NCBI GenBank assembly: GCA_951406725.2
Contig: OX597818.1
Location: 26,846,001-26,910,000 of the forward strand
Source: Octopus vulgaris
Lineage: Eukaryota
Direction of reading: 5' to 3'
Length of the DNA: 64,000 nt
The notes under the pieces were generated by a model that was not told the DNA's origin, searched no databases, and worked only from the letters and a program-made list of their open reading frames with translations. The stretch's first letter is position 1. Every line of letters starts with the position of its first letter. Position numbers and translations under genes: made by a program. This document shows positions 38,701 to 52,700 of the stretch, piece after piece.

Positions 38701-41700
38701 AAAAAAGAGAAACACAAAAACCGAGAAATGCCGAGAATTGACATATAAACTTGTCAGTGGCTGTTTTTAAAATTATGTTTTGAATAAGTTTACTCATTGC
38801 ACTCTGAAAAAGACAAATTGGTGAAGACAAGCTGACTCGTCTTTGCTGGGTAATGGGCTAATGTATTTATATTTGAATTAAAACCTTCCATTGTAAATAT
38901 TTGTAGGAACCTTTTGTTAACTTATGTTTCAACAACATAATAATGAAAGCCATTATTTTACTAAATGCCTCCAAATTCTTGAATATTTTGAAAATAAATT
39001 CTTTACTAATTTGGTCACAAAGAGAATAAAAATTAAAGTGAAAATGAAATATGTTAGTTTGCAATGCAGAGAGAAAATAACTAATTTCAGTAAGTACTAT
39101 TTAGTCTTTGATGAACACTACACATTCGCTCGCCTCATGGCAAGCTAACATATGACATTTTTTGCTTGCAGAAAATCAGGTTTCTTGAATTCTAGAGATT
39201 AAATATTTTCTTGGAACAAACATACAACATATATGTAGTGCTACCATTTTAGAAGAAACTATAGAAATCCTATTTATAAAGAGATTTTAAAATTTTCCCC
39301 TAAACTTTATCAATCAAAAATTGATCTTAACATTTCTTCCTTGAAAACCTTTCATAGTTACTATGAATACTTTCACCACATTACTAACTTCATTAAAAAT
39401 ATTAAATTTTATTTAGTAATAGGTATTCTCTTTTTCTCAGTTTATACAGAAGGTAACAAGATAGACAAAAATCAATATGATTGCCTCTGAAAATTAATTT
39501 AGAATCCTTTTTTTTTTTTTTAATACAAACTTAGGTTTATGAAAGTTTTTAAATCATTTACTACGTATTTTTCCATGAATATTTAGCATTCATCCACACA
39601 ATATTCATGTAAGACAAGCAAGAAGAATATCTGAATCTTTCAACTGTGTTTGTTTTGAAACTAAAAACCATGTTAATTATTTAGTTTTTCATTAGGCAAT
39701 AATATCATATAGCTATTACATTTTTGTTACAAAACTAGTCCTATTTTTAATTTTACTACTACATTTATATTTTTTATTCAAATGTATTTTATCCTCATAA
39801 GCCATAATGTTGCCATATAAGAGGGCTTTTTAGCCCTAAAAGTTCCCCCACCCAATACGAAACCATCTTATACTGCAGGTATAAAATGTTGGAAAAATGT
39901 ATTATATATATTTTAAATGTTTTGTAATATAAAGCAACTATATATCAACAAAGCTTACGTTGTTATTTTTCTATTGCAGTAGCTTTTCCATTTATCCATT
40001 TTATCAAGACAAATGAATGTAGTAGAACCAACGTTGTTAGCCTTGAGGAACTCAATGCAGTGGCGAGCTGTATCAATGGTGTCAACTAAAATATTGTCAA
40101 GAGCACCACAAGCAGTTGAAATGGCACAATCAAATTTGCTATCAATTGCACCTAGATCACCCTGTTGAATATATATATGAAAAAAAAAAATTGTTGAAAT
40201 TAATTATTAAACAAACATCAGAAAAGATAAGAAACAAAAACAATGTCAAAATCAACAAAAACAACTAAGATGGTCATTGAAGAGGAACTGAAATGCTGAA
40301 AAATCAGAAGTCATGGGGTACCAAAATTTAAGTCAGCATTTATCCAATCACCAATAAAAAAAAAGTCCTATTGTAAATATGTTGAAGCAACTTCTTTTCA
40401 CATCTGTATACAGGCAGATATAACAGTAATATCATCAACATTTTAGCATCCACTTTTCCACGCTTGCATGGTTTACACTGAGTTTATCGAGACAGATTCT
40501 CTACAGCCAGATGACCTTTCTGTTGTCAACACATACCAAGGTAATATTGCCAGACAAGTTTTCACAGAATATTGGAAATGAATGAGTCATTGACAACAAT
40601 CACGTAAATGTTAAGACAAAAAGACAAACACACACTTATACAAAAGGTATCTTTCAGTTTCCATCTAGTAAATCTACTAAAAAATCTTCTACAATTATAG
40701 CCCTAGTAACAGACATTCAACAGCAGAAATATTAAATAACCCAAAAGCATACTTACCAATCTGCCTAAAATACCAGGCAGTTTCCCTCTTCGCTTCTGTT
40801 CCATTAAAGCAGACAAGACCCTTCCTTTGCTCTTGGCTGATTGCATGGACATCTTCATTTCTTCAATTTTCAAACGAGCATTTCTTAACTTCAAACATAA
40901 AAAGGTAAAATGTCATTAAACATTTCAAAACATATCATCATCATCATCATTTAACGTTCATTGTTTAAGCTACTATGGGTTGGACGGTTTGACCAGGGCT
41001 GGCAAGCTGGAAGGCTGCACCAGATTCCAGTCTGATTTTGCACGATTTATACAGCTGGATGCCCTTCCTAATAGCAACCATTTCAAAAGTATAATGGATG
41101 CTTTTACATGCCACCAGCATGGATGCTATTTGTGTGACACTAGTATCTGCCACAACTGCAATTTTACTCAGCTTGATGGGTCTTCTCAAGCATGACATAA
41201 TGCCAAAGGTCTTTGGTCATTGCCTCTGTGAGACCCAACACTCGAAAGAAGCTTTTCACATGCCACTAGCATCAGCCACTTTGCCTCCGTGAGGCCCAAT
41301 GCACAAAAGGTGCTTTTTACGTGCCAGCAGCACAGAGATGATAGATACTAATATTCATTTTATTATAGTTGTTATATTTTAAGAAATAATAACACACCAA
41401 TTTCTTTTATATATCCAGTATGCTATATAACACCTTTCTATCAATAAAGTATGAATAAATGAAGGAGAGATGGGTGGAAGAATGCTCTGATCTGCTGGAA
41501 ATGTTTGAAGCCAATGAATACGTTTTTGTGGGTTTTTTGTTTGATTTTGTTTTTCCTAGTCTTGTGCAGGGGGTAAAAGTGGTCATAGCTTTATGATCTG
41601 GAAACGAAGGCTCAATTCATGAAACGGAGTCACACCACTTCTCCAAGATCAATACATGATCATGGTAACTGTATTTTGGGATAACTAGGACATGATTTTC

Positions 41701-44700
41701 TAGAATGTGGCTGTACCATAAACAATGAGCAGTACACTGAGATACACAAAAAGCAATTAGAGAAACCATTAGGAGGAAGAGATCAAACAAAAATCTGAAC
41801 CCGATCCACATGCATCATGACAATGCACAACCACACACATCTTTGACAACAACAAAAAAGCCATCAGCCAAATGGGCAGGTCAGTGGTCCTCCATTCGCC
41901 ATATAGTCCATTCCAACTCCCATTTCATTGATCCAATATAGGACAGACTTCAGAGACAATTTGATGACAAAGGTGAAAGTTGCTGTGAAGTAGGCACAAC
42001 AGTGCACACCTGAATTTTTTCCAAGAGAATTCGAAAGCCATGTTCAAGAATGGCACAAATGCATTACTTATGATAGAGATTAGGCTGAGTAGTACCAATG
42101 TTTTAAGGAATAGTTACTTTACCAGCTCATGCAGTTTGAACAACCTTTGTCAGTTAATAGACAAGTTATGCCAACCTTTGCATTATTTTCAGTACAACTG
42201 TATGTTTGTGTGCATGTGTTTAAACCCATAACTTTACAACTGTAAAGTTGTCTGGTTTCCCTATGAGAGGCTTAAGATTGTTGCAAGATTGACAGATTTA
42301 CAAAACTAACAATACTTTTAGAACATTGTTATATTTGTATATAATTTAATTTCTTTAAAAAGAACAATATCTTAAAACGCTTTCCTTGAAAAAATTTAAT
42401 AATGTTATGAAAGCCATTAGATTAAAAACTGAAAACTCCAACAAGTAAAAACTAGTATTTAATGCATAATTTCATAAAACAAATAATGTATCCTTTATAT
42501 TACATAATTATATACATGTTAACAGTATAAGATATGAATCTTCTGTAAAATTTCAATTTCTTTTTGTCTAATCTCAAAAAGCTATTGATTATTGTGTAGT
42601 AATGCAGCTAACTCCTTGACGGATTACTGTTTTTACAGACTTGCTCATGTTCATTTAACATAGGCTTGATTTTTGTTCAAAACCTCTTTATAAATTAGAA
42701 TGAACTATAATAATATATTATATTCTCCTTCACTAAATTTTACCTGTTCTGAAGAATTCTTTTCTAATTCTGTAGCTTGTTCCAATTCTTTTTTGCTTTT
42801 TTCAAGATTTTTCTGAATAGTGGGAATTTTTTGTTCCATATCTTTAATTTGACTAAAAAAAAAATGAAAATTAAAAATTAGAAATACCAAATACACCAAT
42901 TTCCTTTTCACAATGCAACTTTTTATAAAGCAACATTATATTTCAATATGTTCCATAAGTTTTATTATATTCTTCAAGCAATGTTTTAGAAATTTAATGA
43001 AACTATTCCAGATCAGTCTAAAAACAAAGGATATTTTTTATGAAACAACTAAAGTTAGTATGTTATAGGTCTTAATACAACAACACGTACATTAACTCAT
43101 TTATAGAGAAAGGAAGGAATTTTTTAATATACAAATATTTGAAATTTGCTGTTATCCTCCTTAAGTTAAAACAAAATTTTTAAAAAAGTATCTACAGAGA
43201 AAAGCAAAAGACAATAAAACAAGCTTATTCTAAATATCCTGTTCACCTACTATCACCAAATGAACTGTTATCAACCTCCCAGTGTTCACTTACTCCTCAT
43301 TGTTCAGCAACATCAACTTTTGTCAATATATTAATAGAACAAATAACCCAGCATTAAAAGAAAAAAAGTGAATATTTTTCAATATGGTATTAAAGCAGAG
43401 AACTTAGAAGAGTATATAATTAACATTTAACATCCTCTTTACATACTGGCATGTGCTGAACAGGTCATCACAGTCCAGTTCAGTTCTCATTCAAAGTTAC
43501 TGCTCTCTTGGCCATGGGCCACATCTAGCTTGTGTTTTCTTTTGACATGATACCTACAGTTGGATGCAATTCCTAGCACCAACCACCTGACAAAACTAAA
43601 AAGTTATCTTGACCCTACAATGTCTATACTCATTTCCCAACCACTTTACAGATGGCAACAGAGGAATTTGATCATAGTCCCAGCCCTAGTGAAGTTGCTT
43701 TGTACCCTGCAAGACAAAAGGACATCTTCACTGCATTACATTGAGTCCATTTACTCAAGAACAGGTAATCAATAATTAGGATAGCAGACAATTGCAAAAG
43801 ATGGGCTACAGTAAGAGAGGAAACTGAGATTATGAGAGGAAAAGATTGAGTGGAGTGATAGTCAAGAAGAAAACTGGAAGCATGCTAGGTGAGTAAAGAG
43901 ACACAATAGAAAAAGATGATGACTATTAGATAATTTTTTTTTTTAAATCTACTAAATTGTTAAAATTGTGCTTGAATGACTATATTAATTGTCTTTAGAT
44001 TTGTCCAAAGAAGATTTTATAAAAATTGATATTAACCTCTGGCGATCTTTTAGAGTGTTTGTGGCTTTTGTCAAGTTCCTTTGCAGTTCATTTAATTTTG
44101 ATTGCTCATTTTGTTCGTTGCTAAGATAGATATCCAACTCTGATTGGGCAACATTATACTATTAAAAAACAAATTGAAAAATATACTTAGATGATTAATA
44201 TAACTTTTGAATTTTGATATTCAGTGGATAATCATGGAAAATTTGAACTTCAATTCAATAAATTAAATATAATAAAACTAAAGATTATTGTTGGATGTTG
44301 TTGAAGTTTTAGACAAGAAGGAAATAAAAAAATTCATTGCTTATTTATAGAATTAATTCAAAAATGAAGAGAATGCAGCATTTCACTTCAAGGAATATCA
44401 TTTCATAGAATTAATATATCTTGATTGACAAAAATAAGTAAATTTATTTAACTATTATTTTGTAGAAGGGTTCTATGCACAAACAAGGAATGAATTTACA
44501 TATTCTACCTGTGACTTGCTCTCACTGACTGACTTTTGCATTCCTAACAATTGTTCTTCTTGCTTGTCTTTCTCTTCTTGCAGATCCTAAATTCAGAGTT
44601 ATTTAAAGATTAGAATGAAAATATGAATAAACAAAGCAAAATAAGCAAAAACATTTTAAATAAATCACAGAAATGTACTTTTGATAGTGCTGAAATACAT

Positions 44701-47700
44701 CATAGAAAACCACTGCAACTATTTAACTTTATGAAAGTATTAGAGAATCATAAGTGGTTGTAAGGTTGACAGAAAAATATACTTCCTACCTAAACAAAAG
44801 TATATTGTAATCAAATGGAAAATATAAATTCTGTTAATAAGTGATATTTTCCCCCAAAACTCCAAAAACGTTCACCTTGGTTTCAATTTTCAAACTTTTC
44901 ATCACTTCTTGAACTTTTTTAACCTCTTCTTTCTGTTTTGCTTCAAGAGTTTCCAATTTCTTTCTTAGATCAACCAAAACTTTTTCAGCCTCTTCTGGAA
45001 TTGATTTGAACTCTCCAATCTAAAAATATTTTTTTAAATATAACCAAAAAACATTTTCAAAAAATATGGTAAAAAATTTATTCATTTTGTTACTATGAGG
45101 TAAACTTCTAAATTTATTTCATAAAGAAAAGTTTTGATAAGGAATTCTGTGTGCTTGTAAGCCAGGCCAGTTGATTAGCCAAAATTTGATGCTAACTTCA
45201 ACACACAGTAAAAAAAAAAATTTTCCTAAAGTAGAACAACTTTTTATTAGAGATATTCACAAGACAAAACTCATTCACAAAAAGACAAGTAGTTAACTAA
45301 AATGGATAGGCAAACTGTCCTGCCAATAACTATGGAAAAATAAATAAGAGAATTTCAGGTGATAAAACATATTCGAAATAAGTAGTGTATTATTTTTAAC
45401 CCTTTAGTGTTTAGACTGACCAAAAGCGGCCGAAAATTATAGCCCTTTATTTGTTTGAACTGGCTAAATCTGGCTGTATCTGATTCCTTTACAAAATCGC
45501 TAAAAAATGAACAAATCACATTACTGAATTCTCAGTTTTGAGATAAAGCAAGCTAAAGCCTTTCCCACCTTTATTCAAGTAAAAATATGGTGAAATTTTT
45601 AAGACTTCTTGTTTTTTTTTTTCAATATTTGAAGACAAGTGTATATCTTAGTTTTTAACGATATGGCATCAGCAAGTAGCAATTCCAACTTCAAAGGTTT
45701 TACTCTTGATGATGTACATAATATAAACAGAAACAACAGTGATTTGCCTTCAGCCAAATCATATTGACATTCATGAATCTTTATCAGAGGAAGATTTTGA
45801 TTATGAAAATGATCTTGAAAACATTCCGGGAACATGGTTGAAGATTACTACATCAACCACAATTCCCGATTTCACAGAAAATACTAGTCCACAATACACT
45901 CTACCTCCTAACGCTCAACCATTGAACTATTTGTTTTTATTTTTACCGAAAAGTTGTTTTTGAAACTGTTGTGGAGGAAACAAATAAGCTCAAAGTATAA
46001 TTTCTATTCATGGAAAACCTGATCCACTATGACAGCCAACTGATACTGTGGAAATGCGAGCTTTCTTTACTATAAACATTGTTAGGTATCAAGCAGCTTC
46101 CTCAACTGTGAAACTACTGAGATCTTGATAATAAGGTATGGTGATCCATATATCTCCAATATTATGTCTAACTATAGTTAATTCATATATTGTTAATGTA
46201 AAAAGCCACAAGGTACATCCACCACCAGAGGACTACAACTATTTGAAATTTCAGGTTGACATTGCATCTCAGTTACACGAGGGCTTTTCTTCCTGAAAGC
46301 TCAGAACTGGGAGAAAAACATAATTAACTGAGGTGGATGTCAACAGAGAAAATATTGACCTCCATAAAGTGGAAAAAATAAATGGAAGGGAGACAGTTTG
46401 CAGACTGAGTTCACTGCAAAAAAGAAAAACTGCAAAAGGATATCAAGTCGAGCTCTCATATAGATGTTCATTTTGTAAAGTGCCCTTGTGTAAAGGGTAC
46501 TTTAGACAGTTTCACGATAGAAATATGGCATAACTATATTTTGTTGTTTGATAGTAATACTATCATATATTCCTTTCATTTTATTACCAATATGTTAAAA
46601 ATGAGAAAGACATTAATTTTCAGTATGTTACACACATGTATTAATTCAAAACCTGAATAATTCAAAATACTGGAAAAACCTATGCAATTTGCACACCTGT
46701 GTAATTTATGCAGATGATTTTCAAGATAAAATTTGTTAAAAAAAGCTTGTACTTGTGTAAAATTCACACCTAAAAGTTTTCAGAATTGCCGATATAGCCA
46801 GGAAAAAAAGGCTTTCAATTTAGTTGTATTTAACATAACTTCACTTACTTATGATTAGACTTTATTAAATTTTCATTAAATAAAAATAATTTCTGTTTGA
46901 CATTGAAAGCTATTAAATTACAAAGTGTTTGTGTTGTTTATCATAAACTTTATTTTACATTTCTTGCCCACAAGAGATTATGTTCCATCTTCAGCATACT
47001 GCTGTATGTCTTCTGAAATCACAATCACAGGAAAAGTTGCTGATAAGAATTACCAAACAAAAACAAAGCTGATAAATACGCACAGGTGTTGCAAATTAAG
47101 TTTAATTACCAATAAACATCAGCTTGGATGACATTTTACTCAACCGACAGAGGCAGGTGACTGATCAAACTGATTATATAAACAATTCTTTTCTGCCTAT
47201 TCTTGTCAAAACCTTTCATATGGAGTATCGAAATTTTAATCCCTTTCACACTTATAAAATGTCAAGCAAACTTTAAAATTTGTCATTACCATTATTGTCA
47301 GTATGAGCAGAACTTATGAACTGTTTACTGCAAAGGAGAAATTAAATATGTACTCCATTGCGATAGGTAGAAACTCCAAGCAATGTAAAATATGGCCCAG
47401 ACCATGTTTACCAGTATGAACATCAGACTTCAAAAACTAGTTAACCATTTAACGGTTTTAGTAAATTTATACAGAAAAAGAAAGCATTATACTGTCCAGC
47501 ATAAATAAAAGTCAACTTCATTATGCTTATTTAAGCCATTATTTTTTCTGTTAAAACCTATTCTGACATCAAATGTATAAACTTCCAGTATGAATTTTTA
47601 CATTTTGTATGTCTTTTTGCAACAAAAAAAAATTTCAAAAAAAATTCAGGAAACAATCTACTCATGTAATTTATGCACCCACAAAAGTTTATTTTTATTT

Positions 47701-49728
47701 TTGCGTAAAAAAGTGTGTAAATTACATGGGTTTTTACAATAATGTGAACAAATAAGCATTACATTTGATAAATTAATTTGAACACAAAAGAGTTAATGTA
47801 AGAAATGTACAAAAATACTTGCTTTTTTTAATTCTTGTGTAATGCTTTTTTCAATTTTAGGGGGTTTGCCTTTTGTATGTTTCATATCTTCACGGCATTT
47901 CACATCCAAACTTTCCAATTTAGAGAATTTCTCTTTAAGTTGATCACTTTCCTTCACTAATGCCTCATACTCTCTAAACAGTAAACAAAACATTATTTTT
48001 AAAAAATGTGTTATGGTTGTAAATTTTAAAAATAAATTTAGTGTCTAACAACTTGCACATAATTGAAATATTTCAGTAAAATGGCCTATGTAAAATATAT
48101 AACAAACTGTGAATTGAGTTTTAATATTTTTTAATAATTTTTACTTTGTATACCTTACTAAGTCTTTGACATAGGTTCCCTTATTGAAAAGAAATTAAAC
48201 ATGGTTTTGTTCATAAATTTTCAATTGTATACACCTATGTCATAATTCTACTCAAGCAGAGTTGACAGTTTTTCAACATTACTTAAATATTTTATTTTAT
48301 CTTATCTAGTTTCAGCTCACGAGCTGTGGCCATGCTGGGGCACCGCCATTTCAAATATGTTTAAAAAAATAAATAAATAAAACTCCAAAATAAATGAAAA
48401 GCAAAATTTATGATTTCAATACATTTTGAATGTTTTTTTTTTTTGTAAGACATGTTTTTACTTCAATATAAATATAAAAAACACACAAAAACATTTTATT
48501 GCAAATATTTTTAAATCTCCATGTGGATGACCAATAAAGTTAGATTCCTAATTTAGTAAAGGTTTCTGTTGACAAGAACCAAGACTTTATAATTTAAGAA
48601 AAGTGAAAAATGAGAAGATATGTTTATTTTTTTCTCTTGCTGGTATAAACAATGTTAGAAAAGGAAATAGTTTTCAACTGTGAAACAAAACTTGAGCTTG
48701 CAAGTTTAATATAAAAACTACCATATCAGAAATACAAATACATCCAACTTCCCATTTTCATTTAAAATTTCTAGTGACATGTATCTGTAAAGAATAATAA
48801 CAAAATTTTCAAACATAGGCGCAGGAGTGGCTGTGTGGTAAGTAGCTTGCTAACCAACCACATGGTTCCGGGTTCAGTCCCATTGCGTGGCATCTTGGGC
48901 AAGTGTCTTCTGCTATAGCCCCGGGCTGACCAATGCCTTGTGAGTGGATTTGGTAGACGGAAACTGAAAGAAGCCTGTCGTATATATGTATGTGTGTGTG
49001 TGTGTGTGTGTCTGTGTTTGTCCCCCTAGCATTGCTTGACAACCAATGCTGGTGTGTTTACGTCCCCGTCACTTAGCGGTTCGGCAAAAGAGACCGATAG
49101 AATAAATACTGGGCTTACAAAGAATAAGTCCCGGGGCCAATTTGCTCGACTTAAGGTGGTGCTCCAGCATGGCCGTAGTCAAATGACTGAAACAAGTAAA
49201 AGAGTAAAGAGATAAGTCAGTGACAGTTCTTATTGTTACTAAAACTTCCACTTACTAAAAAAATAAAAAATTTTTTTCTTCTATGCTTTTACTCATTTCA
49301 GCCATTTAACTGCAGCCATACTGGGACACTGCCTTGAAGGGTTTTTAGCTGAACAAATTGACCCTAGGGCTTATTTCTTAAGCTTAATACTTATTCTATC
49401 AATAACTTTTGCCAAACCACTAAGTAACTTAGTGTAAATACACCAACATCAATAGTCAAGTGGTGGTACGTAACAAACACAGACACACACACACAGATAT
49501 ACAGAACCTCGGTTTTCAAACAACCTTGATTACGAATAAATCTTACTTTATCTCCTGTCTTTCTCAAATTCATTTATTACAGTAGTACCTTGGTTTACGA
49601 ACGCCTCTGCTCACAAATAAATCATGCTTTATATATATCTATATATATAAAGCACAATTTATTCGCAATTAGAGTTGTTTGCAAACCGAGGTACTACTAC
49701 TACTACATACATACACACACACACACAC

Positions 49729-49776
<48 letters not shown>

Positions 49777-52700
49777 CAGGCTCTTATCCAAGGTATCACA
49801 CAGTAGGACTGAACCTAGAACCATGTGGTTGAGAAGCAAGCTTTTTACCACACAACCGCATCTGGGGCTTTTTATCTTTATTAGAAAATAGAATTAGTAA
49901 ATAAAAGTAGTTTATTATAATAAACAGACCACATCCCAATTCCTAAGCAATATCAGTAATATTTTTAAAGACTTTCTTTAACACACAATCTTACTTGTAA
50001 GTTTTGTCATATTCTTTGCTGCGAGCTAATTTCTCGGCAGTAATAGTTTTCATTTTCTTAGATTCTTCGTCAGCTTTTTCCTGTAACTCTTTCAAACTAG
50101 CAGTTGCCTTTGACTCATTGGCAGCACAATCATTTCTTTTAAGAGAGAGAAAATAACAAATTAATATTAATACTAAGTAAAGAAAAGGACAAAAAAAACA
50201 GAAGAAATGGAATTTAAGAAACCAGGAGAAAATATATATGATTGAATCTCTTTGAATGTAATGGAATAATGCACTCTAAAGAAACATTGTGCCTCATAAA
50301 TGGGTCAAATTCATTAGAAACCTTTACAAAATATGAAATTTTGAGAACTTAAAGTATAACGTTACCTTTCGCTTTAACATGAGAAATTTTGAAATCAAAT
50401 TTAATTTATGATGGAAACTTCAAATATAACATAAAGAGAAACTTACAGATATATCTGGTAAAGTTTGTTATTCAAGTGAGTGATACTGTCCTCTGTACTC
50501 AAGAACTCTTCAGCTTCATTCTTAGCTCCCTCCAGGTTATCTTTCTCTTTCTCCACAGCCTTCACTCTGTTCAACTAAAAAAGAAATACAGTTTGAGTCA
50601 AGATGAAAGGGAATGTCGAGGAAGGGAAGAACAAATTACAAGAAACAGGAAGGTAAGAAGAATAGCAAACCAAAAAGTTAAATCAAATCAAAAAAGATTG
50701 AATGGGAGAGAGGTATAAGAGAGTAAGAATATGCAAGAGAAGTTCAAGAGGGAAAAAGAAAAAAAGTGAAAGGAAATGGAAAAAAAGCAGTGAAGAGACA
50801 AGTTATAGAGAGAAAGGCAGGTGATGAGGAAAAGGAGAGAAAGAATTGCAAGTAGAAAGGAGAAAAGGGTGCAACGAAGAAAAAGAGAATGAGAAAAGCA
50901 TATAGCAGGAAAAAGAGAGAGAGAGGAATATAACTAAAAGAACAGAATAAAACAAATAGAACGGCAAAACAGAAAGTTATCTCCATATCATAAAAGAACT
51001 GTTGTAGTTGTCTCACTAGGAATATTTGTTTTTGGAATTCCTCTATCTGACACAACTTAAACTCTCCATGTTATCAAAGTGAAGCTTTTTCTAAAACAAC
51101 AAACTACTTAAGATTTTTAATGTATTAATTTGAAGCTTCTGTTTTTGCACCTCTCCAGTACATCTCCTTTGCCCTCACTGCAGTTAACAATGATACTACA
51201 AAGCAGATAGCATCTTCCTGCACTGTGATTAACATAAACTAACATCTTAGTAACTATCAGTGATGGATTGCTGCTATCACTTCATTTCCTTACTAATCAT
51301 ATTTAAGCAACTCTCAATGACATCCTGTCTTACAATTTGACAGCAAAGAAAACAGCAATCTATCACATATTAAAACTTCAAAACTTTTCAACCAGGACAA
51401 CAACAAAAAAAAAAGAAAATGTCTTTTTTTTTTTTTGCCTTTCACTTTCTTCTGATTGAAGTATTGTAACTATCTTCTAAATCAATATTTCAACATATCA
51501 TCAGTAAATTAGCAATAAAATTATTTACATTATTAAAAACATTAATCATTAAACATTGCAGATTTATATGTTAACAAAAACATCATACAGATAATGGACA
51601 GAGTCATAATTGAAATAATTTCAAGATTATATAACTTATGATATATTTGACATTAACTTAAAGAAACTGATTTTCAGAATAAACTAAAGATCACCAGAGT
51701 GGATATTTGAAATCTCTACAGAATGTGATGTAAATTTAGAAATAAAAGATAATACAGGCTTATGGTAATTTACTACTGAAAGCTTTACTTTTAATTTAGA
51801 AGATATAATTAACTGCTTTCAAATAGGAAGAATACCCTACAATAGTTACAAGTAGCCACCCAGGTCCATTAGATGATTTCAGCTAAACCTGAAACCTAAT
51901 AATACATGCAATCAGTCTCTGTTACAGTCAGAAATAAGCTTCAACATCCCTATGTCTAGTAAGGGGAACTGGATTCTTGAGAGTCAACTGTTGCTTCCAA
52001 GGACAGAGTACAGCACTACTCATGTTCTAAATTGTGGACTATGCTGGGTTCCTTTTGATTTGGTCAGATGAAATTATCACCAGATATACGTATAACAAAT
52101 GCCAACTTATTTAAAAGTACTTACTTAACCCTCTTGGGACACCTAGGTCAATTGATAGGCCCAAATGATACAAGCTGAAAGGACTTTGAAGCTGATCCAT
52201 CAGCCCAATGGAACAAACGTTGTGAATGGTTGGTTTTGAAGTGTCATAGCTAATCAGCGATTGTCTTTCAATAGAAAAAAATTTTGGCCTTTTTGGTTAC
52301 ACATACCAAAAGTCTCAAAAGGATTTTTTTAAATAAATAACTGCAATAAATATATATATACTCAGCCCACTCTGCAGAGCGGGTAGTTTGAGGAAAAGTA
52401 TCCAGCCATAAAAACCAAGCCAAAATATATGCAGAAACATGATGCAGGCTCCTGCCTGGCCAGCTCCTGTCAAACTGTCCAACCCATGCCAGCATGGAAA
52501 TGATATATACATTTAAATATATAAAATCATAATTTAGGGTATCTAAGAGATACCATCACACTGGAAATAGCAGCCAAAACTTGACTCTAAAACCACATCA
52601 ACCCCAATATTCAGTTGGTACTAATTTTATCAAACCCTGAAAGGATAAAAGGCGAAGTCAACCTCAGTAGAATTGGAAATCAGAAATTAAAGACATACAA

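Noticed and set aside
47105-47166. C/D-box snoRNA-like motif (ggatga...ctga)
   Set aside because: Antisense to the host gene, weak box C, and no recognisable guide sequence.
50600-51055. 103-aa Phe-rich ORF (50744-51055, -) as a membrane protein
   Set aside because: Translation of a purine-rich low-complexity tract.
52125-52264. Extra SMC4 exon (aag acceptor, gtaagt donor on -)
   Set aside because: 140 nt, stop codon in the SMC4 frame, no SMC similarity, and exons 5 and 6 already join in phase. It overlaps a TTAACCC piggyBac-like end.
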